Below are positions 38,601-50,553 of a DNA stretch of 64,000 nt, piece after piece. Both the position numbers and the translations under genes were made by a program. The notes beneath the pieces are model-generated. The model was not told the DNA's origin, searched no databases, and was given only the letters and a program-made list of their open reading frames with translations. This stretch comes from Somniosus microcephalus (taxonomy: Eukaryota), in NCBI GenBank assembly GCA_052327205.1, contig CM126207.1, forward strand, positions 183,334,001 to 183,398,000, read 5' to 3'. Position 1 is the stretch's first letter. Every line of letters begins with the position of its first letter.

Positions 38601-41600
38601 TGCACAGTATAGAGACTGCCTGGTATAGAGACCATTCATTTTACAGATCACCCAGTATAGAGATCATATGATATAGAGACTGCCTGGTATAGAGACTGCC
38701 CGGTATGGAGACCATCCGGCATAGAGACCATCCGGTATAGAGACCGTCTGGTATAGAGACTATCTGGTATACTGTATGTCTGGTATAGAGACCGTCCGGT
38801 ATAGAGACTGCCTGTTGTGGAGACCTTCCATTATAGTGACCACACAGTATAGAGACCGTCCAGTGTAGCGACCGCCTGGTATAGAGACCATCCAGTATAG
38901 AGACCGTCTGGTATAGAGACCGCCTGGTGTGGAGACCGTCCGGTATAGAGACCAACAGGTATAGAGACCACTCAGTATAGAGACCGCCTGGCATAGAGAT
39001 CACCCAGTGTGGAGACTGCCCGGTATAGAGACCGCCCAGTATATTGACCGCCCGGTATAGAGACCGCCAAGTATAGAGACTGCCCGGTATAGGGACCACC
39101 CAGTATAGGGACCGCCTGTTGTGGAGACCGCCCGGTATAGAGACCGCCCGGTATAGAGACTGCCCGGTATAGGGACCGCCCGGTATAGGGGCCAGATGGT
39201 ATAGAGACCACCCGGTATAGAGACCGTCCAGTATAGAGACCACCCAGTATAGAGACCGCCCGGCATAGGGACCAACAGGTATAGAGACCGCCTGGTACAG
39301 AGACCGCCGGCATGCAGACTGCTCGGCGTGGAGACTGCCCGGCATAGTGACCGCCCAGTATGGAGACCGTCTGGTATAGAGGCCCTCCGGTATAGGGACC
39401 ACCCAGTATAGGGACCGCCTGGTGTGGGGACCACCTGTTGTGGAGACCACCTGGTATAGGGACCGCCCGGTATTGAGACCGCCTGGTATAGAGACCGCAC
39501 GGTATAGAGACCACCCGGTGTGGAGACCGCCTGGTATAGTGACCGCCTGATATAGAGACCGTCCAGTATAGAGACCACCCTGTATAGAGACCACCCGGTA
39601 CAGAGATCACCCGGTGTAGAGGCTGCCTGGTGTAGAGCCTGCCCGGTGTAGAGACCACCCGGCGTGGAGACCGCCCGGTGTGGGGACTGCGTGCTGTGGA
39701 GACCACCCGGTGTGGAGACCGTCCGGTATAGAGACCACCTGGTATAGTGACCGCCCGGTATAGAGACCATCCGGTATAGAGACAGTCCAGTATAGGGACT
39801 GCCCAGTATAGGGACTGCCCGGTGTGGAGGCCGCCCGGTATAGAGACCGCCCGGTATAGGGACCACCCGGTATAGAGACTGCCCGGTATAGAGACCACCC
39901 GGTGTGGAGACCACCCGGTATAGTGACTGCCTCGTATAGTGACCGCCCGGTATAGAGACTGTCCGGTATAGAGACCGCCCAGTATAGAGACCGCCCAGTA
40001 TAGAGACCACCCGATATGTAGACCGTCCGGTATAGAGACCGTCCGGTATAGAGACAGTTCAGTTTAGAGACGGCCCGGTATAGAGATGGCCCAGTCTGGA
40101 GACCACCCAGTTTAGAGACTGCCTAGTATAGAGAACACCCACTAGAGACCGTCCAGTACAGAGACCGTCTGGTATAGAGACCGCCCATTGTGGAGACCAT
40201 CCAATATAGTGACCGTCCATTATAGAGACCATCCTGTATAGAGACCATTCCGTTTGGAGTCCGCCCGATGTGGAGAATATCCGGTATAGAGACCATCAGG
40301 TATAGAGACCGCTTGGTATAGAGACCACCTAGTATATAGACCGCCCGGCATAGAGACCGCCCGGCATAGAGACCGCCTGGTGTCGAGGCCACCCGGTATA
40401 GAGACCGTCCGGTATAGAGACCCTATATAGAGACTGCACGGTATAGAGACTGCCTGGTATAGAGACCATTCATTATAGAGACCACCCAGTATAGAGATCA
40501 TCTGGTATCGAGACCGCCCGGTATAGAGACTGCCCGGTATGGAGACCATCTGGCATAGAGACCATCCGGTATAGAGACCACCCAGTATAGAGACCATCAT
40601 ATAGAGACCACCCGGTATAGAGACCGTCCTGTATAGAGATCATCCATTATAGATACCATCCAGGATAGAGACTTCCCGGTGTGGTGACCACCCGGTATAG
40701 AGACCATCCCGTATAGAGACTATCTTGCCTATAGACCTCCCATTGTGGAGACCGTCCAGTATAGTGACTGTCTGGTATAGAGACCGCCAAGTATAGAGAC
40801 CACCCGGTGTAGAGACCGCCCGGTGTAGAGACTGCCCAGTATAGAGACCGCCCAGCATAGAGACCACCCGGTGTGGAGGCCACCCGGTGTGGAGGCCGCC
40901 CAGTGTGGAGGCCACCGAGTATAGAGACAGCCCAGTATAGAGACACCCTTTATAGAGACTGCCAGTATAGAGACCGCCTGGTATAGTGACCGCCCAGTAT
41001 AGAGACTGCCTGGTATAGAGACCACCTGGTATAGAGACCGCCCGATGTGGAGACAGTCCTGTATAGAGACCGTCCAGTATAGAGACGGCCCGGTATCGAG
41101 ACTGTCTGATATATAGACCGCCTGGTATAGAGACCGCCTGGTATAGAGACCACCCAGTATAGAGACCGTCCTGTGCAGAGCGTGCCCAGTATAGAGACCA
41201 TCCGGTATAGAGACAGCCCGGTATACAGACCACCCAGTATGGAGAACATCTGGCATATAGACTGCCCGGTAGAGAGGCCACCCGATATGTACACCATCTG
41301 GTATAGAGACCGTCCCATATAGAGACAGTCCAGTATAGAGACCACCTGGTATAGGGACTGCCCGATGTGGAGACTGGCCAGTATAGAGACCATCTGGCAT
41401 AGAGACCGCCCGGTATAGAGGCCACCCGATATGTACACTGTCCGGTATAGAGAACGTCCCATATAGAGACAGTCCAGTATAGAGACCACCTGGTATAGGG
41501 ACCGACCAATGTGGAGACTGCCTCGTATAGAGACTGCCCGGTATAGAGACCATCCTGTATAGAGACTGCCCTGTATAGAGACCGCCCTGTATAGAGACCA

Positions 41601-44600
41601 CCCTGTATAGAGACAGCCCGATGTGGAGACCGCCCGGTGTGGAGACCGCCCGGTGTGGAGACCGCCCGTATAGAGACCGCACAGTATGGAGACCACCCAG
41701 TGTGGAGACCGCCCAGTGTGGAGACTGCCCGGTGTGGAGACCGCCCAGTGTGGAGACCATCCAGTATAGAGACCACCCGGTGTGGAGACCATCCGGTATA
41801 GAGACCGCCCGGTATAGAGACCACACAGTAGAGAGACTGCCCTGTATAGAGACCGACCGGTATAGAGACAACCCGGTATAGAGACCGCACACTGTAGGAG
41901 CCATCTGGTATAGAGGCCGCCTGGTATAGAGCCCGCACAGTATGGAGACCGCCCGGTGTGGAGGCCGCCCGGTGTGGAGACCGACCGGTGTAGAGACCCC
42001 CCAGTGTAGAGACCATCCGGTATAGAGACTGCCCGGTGTGGAGACCGCCCGGTATAGAGGCCGTCCGATATAGAGAACGTCCGGTATAGAGACCATCCGG
42101 TATAGAGACCGCCCGGTGTGGAGACCGCCCGGTGTGGAGACCACCCGGTGTGGAGAACGCCCGGTATAGAGGCCGCCTGCTATAGAGACCATCCGGTATA
42201 GAGACCGCCCGGTATAGAGATCATCCGGTATAGGGACCGCCCAGTGTGGAGACCGCCCGGTGTGGAGACTGCCCGGTATGGAGACCACCCGCTTTGGGGA
42301 CTGCCCGGTGTGGAGACCGCCCGGTATAGAAACTGCCCGGTATAGAGACCCCACGGCATAGAGACTGCCCAGTGTGGAGAACACCCGGTATAGAGACCTC
42401 CCTATATATTCACTGTCTGGTATAGAGACCATCCAGTATAGAGACAGTCCAGTATAGAAACCACCCAGTATAGGGTCCGTCCGTTATAGAGGCTGCCCTG
42501 TATAGAGACCACCCAGTTTGGAGACCGCCCGGTATGGAAACCATCCGCTATAGAGACCACCCAGTGGGGAGACCGCCCGGTATATAGTCCGTCCAGTATA
42601 GAGACTGCCCAGTAGAGAGATTGTCTGATATAGAGACCGCCCAGTATAGAGACCATCCTGTATAGAGACCATCTGGTATAGAGATGCCCGATATAGAGAC
42701 CATCCGGTATAAAGATCATCCGTTATAGAGACCATCCGGTATAGAGACCACCAGGTATAGAGACCACCTGGTATAGAGTCCACACAGTATAGAGACCACC
42801 CAGTATAGAGATCGTCCAGTATAGAGACCGTCCGGTATAGAGACTGCCCGTTGTTTAGGCCGTCCATTATAGTGACCATCTGGTATAGAGACCACCCAGT
42901 ATAGAGACCGCTCGGTATAGGGACCATCCAGTATAGAGAACATCCTGTATTGAGACCGCCTGGTGTGGAGACCATCCGGTATGGAGACCAACCGGTATAG
43001 AGACTGCCTGGTATCGAGTCCATCCTGTATAGAGACCATCCAGTATAGAGACTGCCCGATGTGGAGACTATCTGGTATAGAGACCATCTGGTAGAGAGAC
43101 CGCCCAGTAGAGAGACCGCTCTGCATAGAGGCCGCCCAGTGTGGAGGCCACCTCGTATAGAGACAGCCCAGTATAGAGACAGTCTTTTATAGAGACTGCC
43201 AGTAGAGAGACCGCCCGGTATAGTGACTGACCGGTATAGAGACCACCTGGTATAGAGACCACCCGGTGTAGAGACCTCCAGATGTGTGGACCGTCCTGTA
43301 TAGAGACCATCCAGTATAGAGACGGCCCGGTATCGAGACCGTCTGATATAGAGACCGCCTGGTATAGAGACCGCCCGGTATGGAGAGCACCCAGTATAGA
43401 GACAATCCTGTATAGAGAGTGCCCGGTATAGAGACCATCCAGTATAGAGAGAGCCCGGTACAGAGACCACCCGATATGTGCACCATCTGGTATTGAGACA
43501 GTCCCATATAGAGACTGTCCAGTATAGAGACCACCTGGTATATGGACCGCCCGATGTGGAGACTGCCCAGTATAGAGACTGCCCAGTATAGAGACCGTCT
43601 GGCATAGAGGCTGCCCGGTATAGAGGGCACCCGATATGTATACTGTCTGGTATAGAGACCGTCCCATATAGAGACAGTCCAGTATAGAGACCACCTGGTA
43701 TAGGGACCGCCTGATGTGAAGACTGCCCGGTATAGAGACTGCCCGGTATAGAGACCACCCTGTATAGAGGCCAACCTGTATAGAGACCACCCAGTATAGA
43801 GACTGCCCTGTATAAAGACCGCCCTGTATAGAGTCCACCCTGTATAGAGACCGCCCTGTATAGAGACAGCCCGGTGTGGAGACCACCCGGTGTGGAGACC
43901 ATCCGGTATAGAGACCGTCCGGTATAGAGACCACACAGTAGAGAGACTGCCCTGTATAGAGACCGCCCGGTATAGAGACAACCCGGTACAGAGACCGCAC
44001 ACTATAGGAGCCATCTGGTATAGAGGCCGCCTGGTATAGAGCCCGCACAGTATGGAGACCGCCCGGTGTGGAGACCGCCCGGTGTGGAGACCGACCGGTG
44101 TAGAGACCACCCAGTGTAGAGACCATCCGGTATAGAGACTGCCCGGTGTGGAGACCGCCCAGTATAGAGGCCGTCCGATATAGAGAACGTCCGGTATAGA
44201 GACCATCCGGTATAGAGACCGCCCGGTGTGGAGACCACCCGGTGTGGAGACCACCCGGTGTGGAGACCGCCCGGTATAGAGGCCGCCTGCTATAGAGACC
44301 ATCCGGTATAGAGACCGCCCGGTATAGAGATCATCCGGTATAGAGACCGCCCAGTGTGGAGACCGCCCGGTGTGGAGACTGCCTGGTGTGGAGACCACCC
44401 GCTTTGGGGACTGCCCGGTGTGGAGACCGCCCGGTATAGAGACTGCCCGGTATAGAGACCCCACGGCATAGAGACTGCCCAGTGTGGAGAACACCCGGTA
44501 TAGAGACCTCCCTATATATTCACTGTCTGGTATAGAGACCATCCAGTATAGAGACAGTCCAGTATAGAAACCACCCAGTATAGGGTCCGTCCATTATAGA

Positions 44601-47600
44601 GGCTGCCCTGTATAGAGACCACCCAGTTTGGAGACCGCCCGGTATGGAAACCACCCACTATAGAGACCACCCGGTGGGGAGACCACCCGGTGGGGAGACC
44701 GCCCGGTATATAGTCCGTCCGGTATAGAGACTGCCCAGTAGAGAGATTGTCTGATATAGAGACCGCCCAGTATAGAGACCATCCTGTATAGAGACCATCT
44801 GGTATAGAGATGCCCGATATAGAGACCATCCGGTATAAAGATCATCTGTTATAGAGACCATCCGGTATAGAGACCACCCGGTATAGAGACCACCCGGTAT
44901 AGAGTCCGCACAGTATAGAGACCACCCAGTATAGAGACCGTCCAGTATAGAGACCGTCCGGTATAGAGACTGCCCGTTGTTTAGGCCATCCATTATAGTG
45001 ACCATCCGGTATAGAGACCACCCAGTATAGAGACCGCTCGGTATAGGGGCGATCCAGTATAGAGAACGTCCTGTATTGATACCGCCTGGTGTGGAGACCA
45101 TCCGGTATAGAGACCAACCGGTATAGAGACCGCCTGGTATAGAGTCCATCCTGTATAGAGACCATCCAGTATAGAGACTGCCCGATGTGGAGACTATCTG
45201 GTATAGAGACCATCTGGTAGAGAGACCGCCCAGTAGAGAGACCGCTCTGCATAGAGGCCGCCCGGTGTGGAGGCCACCTCGTATAGAGACAGCCCAGTAT
45301 AGAGACAGTCTTTTATAGAGACTGCCAGTATAGAGACCGCCCGGTATAGTGACTGACCGGTATAGAGACCACCTGGTATAGAGACCACCCGGTGTAGAGA
45401 CCTCCAGATGTGTAGACCGTCCTGTATAGAGACCATCCAGTATAGAGACGGCCCGGTATCGAGATCGTCTGATATAGAGACCGCCTGGTATAGAGACCGC
45501 CCGGTATAGAGAGCACCCAGTATAGAGACAATCCTGTGTAGAGAGTGCCCGGTATAGAGACCATCCAGTATAGAGAGAGCCCGGTACAGAGACCACCCTC
45601 TATAGAGATAGTCTGGCATAGAGACTGCATGGTAGAGAGGCCACCCGATATGTGCACCATCTGGTATTGAGACAGTCCCATATAGAGACAGTCCAGTATA
45701 GAGATCACCTGGTATATGGACCGCCCGGTGTGGAGACTGCCCAGTATAGAGACTGCCCAGTATAGAGACCATCTGGCATAGAGTCTGCCCGGTATAGAGG
45801 GCACCCGATATGTATACTGTCCGGTATAGAGACCGTCCCATATAGAGACAGTCCAGTATAGAGACCACCTGGTATAGGGACCACCCGATGTGAAGACTGC
45901 CTGGTATAGAGACTGCCCGGTATAGAGACCACCCTGTATAGAGGCCACCCTGCATAGAGACCACCCAGTATAGAGACTGCCCTGTATAAAGACCGCCCTG
46001 TATAGAGTCCGCCCTGTATAGAGACCGCCCTGTATAGAGACAGCCCGGTGTGGAGACCACCCGGTGTGGAGACCGCCCGGTATAGAGACCGCCCGGTATA
46101 GAGACCACACAGTATGTAGACTGCCCAGTGTGGAGACCACCCGGTGTGGAGACCGCCCGGTGTGGAGACCATCCGGTATAGAGGCCGCCCGGTGTGGAGA
46201 CTGCCCGGTGTGGAGACTGCCCAGTATAGAGAGCACCCAGTATAGAAACCACCCAGTAGAGAGACCGCCCAGTATAGAGACCGCCCAGTATATAGACCAC
46301 CCAGTATAGAGACCACCCAGTATAGAGACTGCCGGTATAGAGACCGCACACTATAGGAGCCATCTGGTATAGAGAATGCCCGGTATAGAGACCGCAGAGT
46401 ATGGAGACCACCCGGTGTGGAGACCGCCTGGTGTGGAGACCACCCGGTGTAGAGACCGCCCGGTGTAGAGACCATCCGGTATAGAGACCGCCCGGTGTGG
46501 AAACCGCCCGGTGTGGAGACCTCCCGGTGTGGAGACCGCCCGGTATAGAGGCCGTCCGATATAGAGATCGTCCGGTATAGAGACCGTCCAGTATAGAGAC
46601 TGCCCATTGTGGAGACTGTCCAGTATAGAGACCTCCCAATATATTCACTGTCTGGTATAGAGACCATCCGGTATAGAGACATTCCGGTATAGAAACCGCC
46701 CGGTATAGGGACCACCCGGTGTGGAGACTGCCCGGTATAGAGACCACATGGTTTAGAGACCGCCCGGTATAGGGGCCGTCCGGTATAGAGGCTGCCCTGT
46801 AAAGAGACCACCCGGTTTGGAGGCCGCCCGGTATGGAAACCACCCGCTATAGAGACCACCCAGTGGGGAGACCACCCGGTGGGGAGACCGCCCGGTATAG
46901 AGTCTGTCCGGTATAGAGACTGCCCAGTAGAGAGACTATCCAATATAGAGACCACCCAGTATAGAGACCATCCTGTATAGAGGCCGTCTGGTAAAGAGAT
47001 GCCCAGTATAGAGACCATCCGGTATAGAGATCAGCCGTTATAGAGACCATCCGGTATATAGACCGCCCGGTATAGAGACCACCCGGTATAGAGTCCACCC
47101 AATATAGAGACCACCCGGTATAGAGACCATCCAGTATAGAGACCGTCCGGTATAGAGACTGCCCATTGTGGAGACTGTCCATTATAGTGACCATCCGGTA
47201 TAGAGACCACCCAATATAGAGACTGCCCGGTATAGGGACCATCCAGTATAGAGAGCGTCCTGTATAGAGACCGCCTGGTGTGGAGCCCATCCGGTATAGA
47301 GACCAACAGGTATAGAGACCGCCTGGTAAAGAGACCACCTGGTATAGAGACCACCCGGTGTGGAGACCGCCCGGTGTGGAGACCATCCGGTATAGAGACC
47401 ATCCGGTATAGAGACCATCTGGCATAGAGACCGCCTGGCATAGAGTATGTCTGGTATAGAGACTGTCCGGTATAGAGGCTGCCTGTTGTGGAGACCTTCC
47501 AATATAGTGACCGCCCAGTATAGAGAATGCCCAGTATAGAGACCGTCCAGTGTAGCGACAGCCGGGTATAGAGACCATCCAGTATAGAGACCATCCGGTA

Positions 47601-48511
47601 TAGAGACTGCCCGGTGTGGAGACCGTCTGGTATAGAGACCGCGTGGTATATTGTCCGCATGGTATAGAGACCACTCAGTATAGAGACCGCCTGGCTTAGA
47701 GACCACCTGGTGTGGAGACCGCCCGGTATAGAGACCGCCCGATATATTGAGCGCCCGGTATAGAGACCGCCCGGTATAGAGACTGCCCGGTATATGGACC
47801 GCCCAGTATAGGGACCGCCTGGTGTGGAGACTGCCCAGTATAGAGACCACCTGGTATAGAGACCATCCAGTATAGAGACCGCCTTGTGTGGAGACCGCCC
47901 GGTTAAGAGACCGCCCAGTGTAGAGACTGCCCGGTGTAGAGACCACCCAGTGTGGAGACCGTCCAGTGTGGAGACCGCCTGGTGTGGAGACTGCCCGGTG
48001 TGGAGACCGTCCGTTATAGAGACCGCCCGGTATAGTGACCGCCCGGTATAGAGACCATCCTTTATAGAGGCAGTCCGGTATAGGGACTGTCCAGTATAGG
48101 GACCGCCTGGTGTGGAGACCGCCTAGTATAGATACCGCCCAGTATAGAGACTGCCCGGTATAGAGACCACCCGGTGTGGAGAACACCCGGTATAGTGACC
48201 GCCCTGTACAGTGACTGCCCGGTATAGAGACCGTCCGGTATAGAGACCGCCCGGTGTGGGGATCGCCCGGTGTGGAGACTGCCCGGTGTGGAGACCACCC
48301 GGTATAATGACCACCCGGTATAGAGACCGTCCAGTATAGGGACCGTCTGGTGTGGAGACCGTCCAGTATAGGGGCCACCCGGTATAGAGACCGCCCGGTA
48401 TAGAGACCGCCCAGTATAGAGACCACCTGGTATAGAGACCATCCAGTATAGAGACCGCCTTGTGTGGAGACCGCCCGGTGTGGAGACCGCCCGGTGTGGT
48501 GACCGCCCGGT
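14681..48511. repeat. 16-bp tandem satellite array, segment right of the LINE (about 33.8 kb)
   Basis: The same monomer resumes in register after the LINE tail and ends sharply at ...GGTGTGGTGACCGCCCGGT|TTTCACTTCC. Confidence 0.98.
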
Positions 48512-48629
48512 TTTCACTTCCATTGACGAAACCCAATGTTTGCCCCTTGGCAAAAGGTCGTCCCTGTGAAGTTACTCCAAAAACAGCCTCTGGTTGGTGT
48601 GGATGTGGTTTCGACACTGAAGAACCATT
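48512..48629 (-). other. Candidate exon abutting the satellite, with a splice acceptor at 48630-48631
   Basis: Minus strand reads ...CACGTTCTGTTTCCTTTACAG|AATGGTTCT (pyrimidine tract plus CAG). The phase-0 frame NGSSVSKPHPHQPEAVFGVTSQGRPFAKGQTLGFVNGSEN stays open into the repeat. No homology recognised. Confidence 0.3.
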
Positions 48630-49646
48630 CTGTAAAGGAAACAGAACGTGATCGATAGGAGAGAAATCATTTCTGAATGTCATGTTTCCCAACTGTTTTT
48701 ATATTTATGGTCAATTCATAATGGAAAATGAACATCTCATACAAAACAAACTCTTTTGGACATGGAGAAAGTGAATTTAAAACCTTGAAACGAACAGATG
48801 CATTTTAATAATTCAATAAATTCTGTTGCCAAATTAAAATTGAAGTATAATGATTTATTTCAAGGTTTTCGATGTTGTATTAATAATTTAAAAATCTCAT
48901 GAATGAGTAATCGTGGTGTTAAAGTGGGATTATTAATTTAGTTTCCAAGAGGAAAATACAAGGAATAATAAACACCAACATTAATAAATTTAATTGATTT
49001 CATGCAGTAGTAAGGAGACATTCCATAAACTCTAAAAAGTCTTTACTTATTTACTTCTCTGTCCTGGTGTGGGCCAGGGGAAAGTCTGTGAATGGTAAGC
49101 ACCTGTCTAGATTATTTGCTGTTTGGATCAGAGTGGGCGAGTTGGAGAAAGGTTCTGAAGAATAGTCTGGAACTGAAGTTAGCAAAATAAATATAGTTTG
49201 ATCGAGGCACTTTACATTTCAGACTCTTAGCTCAAATAGAGATTGTTAAAGTGTTTTGTTGCTCATTTTCCACATGTTAAATTCCTTGGTTCTCCCAATC
49301 TTCTGCTATGACTTTGGCGGGAGACTGGCAGAACTCCTGGAGAATCGGCGTAAATGGCTGAACAACGGCTGCTTATGCCATCATTCCCAGGGTTGTACCG
49401 ATCTCCCACTGGAGATGTGCTGGGAGGTTGGGAGAACGCCCCACAGAAGCTCGTTGTCTTGGACATTTGCAGATCAATTTTAAAAAGATCTCTCCTGATT
49501 CTCACCTACAAAAGTCCCGAATTCAGCCTAGTCTTTAATCCCAAAATGCCAAGATGAGCACACATTGTGTTAGTGACATTAGCACCCATATAGGAGGTCA
49601 TTTTAACTTTCCCTGATAGTGTAAAATGGACAATATCGGATCGATC

Positions 49647-49776
49647 ACCCCTCGCCCTCAGTAGTGCATTGAAGTGTCATCTTAGATGATGTGCTCAAAG
49701 CTCTGGAGTGGGGCTTGTAACCATGATCTTCTAACTCCGAGGTGCTAGTGCCACCCACTGAGCCAAGGCTGACACC
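49647..49776 (-). mobile_element. tRNA-derived SINE 5' portion (DeuSINE/SacSINE1-like)
   Basis: Minus strand GGTGTCAGCCTTGGCTCAGTGG (A box) ... GGTTACAAGCCCCAC (degenerate B box) ... GAGCACATCATCTAAGATGACACTTCAATGCACTACTGAGGG. Confidence 0.65.
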
Positions 49777-50074
49777 TGGGGCCAGTTTAAGAACCAATTG
49801 GATAGTGCAATGGGGGTGCGGTATAGAGGCATTCTGCAGTGATGAATTAAGAGGATCTGAATGGCTTCCTTCATTCGCCATGATTTTGTGAAAAAGCCCA
49901 CCCTGCCATGCAGCACACTGATGTTAAAAATGCAAATCAAAATTCATCTGTAATAATTCCTACTAAACCATCCTAACTTCTGGAAGCTGGCCGCTGCCTA
50001 CTTGGTAGCTTGCTTTCCACTGCGCATGGACAACAACAACAGGGGGGAACCTTAGAGGAAGTTTGGCCCAGTGG

Positions 50075-50553
50075 GCTAGGGGAAGGAAGGGAAGTGGCAG
50101 AGGCAGCTGAACGGATAGTCAGAAGTCCATGAGCTCCTCACACTTGTTATCGGAGGTGAGGATGGAGGAGACAGGGGAGAGGGGTTTAAGAAGACGGTTA
50201 ACAGTGGAGAATAGAAGCCGGGGTTTATCTTTGCATTCCAGAATGATTCTGGAAGAGTGAACAATTTTGGCAGACGAGAGCAAGACCTGATGATGCTTTA
50301 TGTGGTCCAGCCAGATCTGGCGGTGAATGGCTAAACCAGTTGTCCGCCATATCCGTTCAAGTCTGCTTCCCTTGGACTTAAGGAAGTGAAGATGAGGGCC
50401 GTACCAGGGGAAAAGACCAGGGTGAGAGAGGGTAATTGTTTTAGTAGGGACTAGGGCATCAAAGGTGGCAGTGAAGGTGTGGTTGAGCAGATCAGTAGCT
50501 GCAGAAATGTCATGGTGAATGGAGGGCCAGAGGCTGGACAGTTGGGATTTCAT
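50075..50553 (-). mobile_element. L2-clade LINE ORF2 internal fragment (degraded)
   Basis: Translation FDALVPTKTITLSHPG..PWY..LKSKGSRLERIWRTTGL..KPRLLFSTVNRLL resembles the EN-RT linker of L2 ORF2. Confidence 0.75.

Noticed and set aside
155-48430. Hundreds of minus-strand ORFs (up to 567 aa) and short plus-strand ORFs within the array as protein genes
   Set aside because: They overlap in all three frames with the same permuted peptide, which the stop-free 16-bp monomer explains fully.
1-48511. CRISPR-like array
   Set aside because: Monomers are contiguous with no unique spacers, there are no cas genes, and the context is eukaryotic.
1-48511. Telomeric repeat or G-quadruplex array
   Set aside because: No TTAGGG tracts. 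The consensus has only one GGG run per monomer on the minus strand and it is often mutated, so canonical G4 support is weak.
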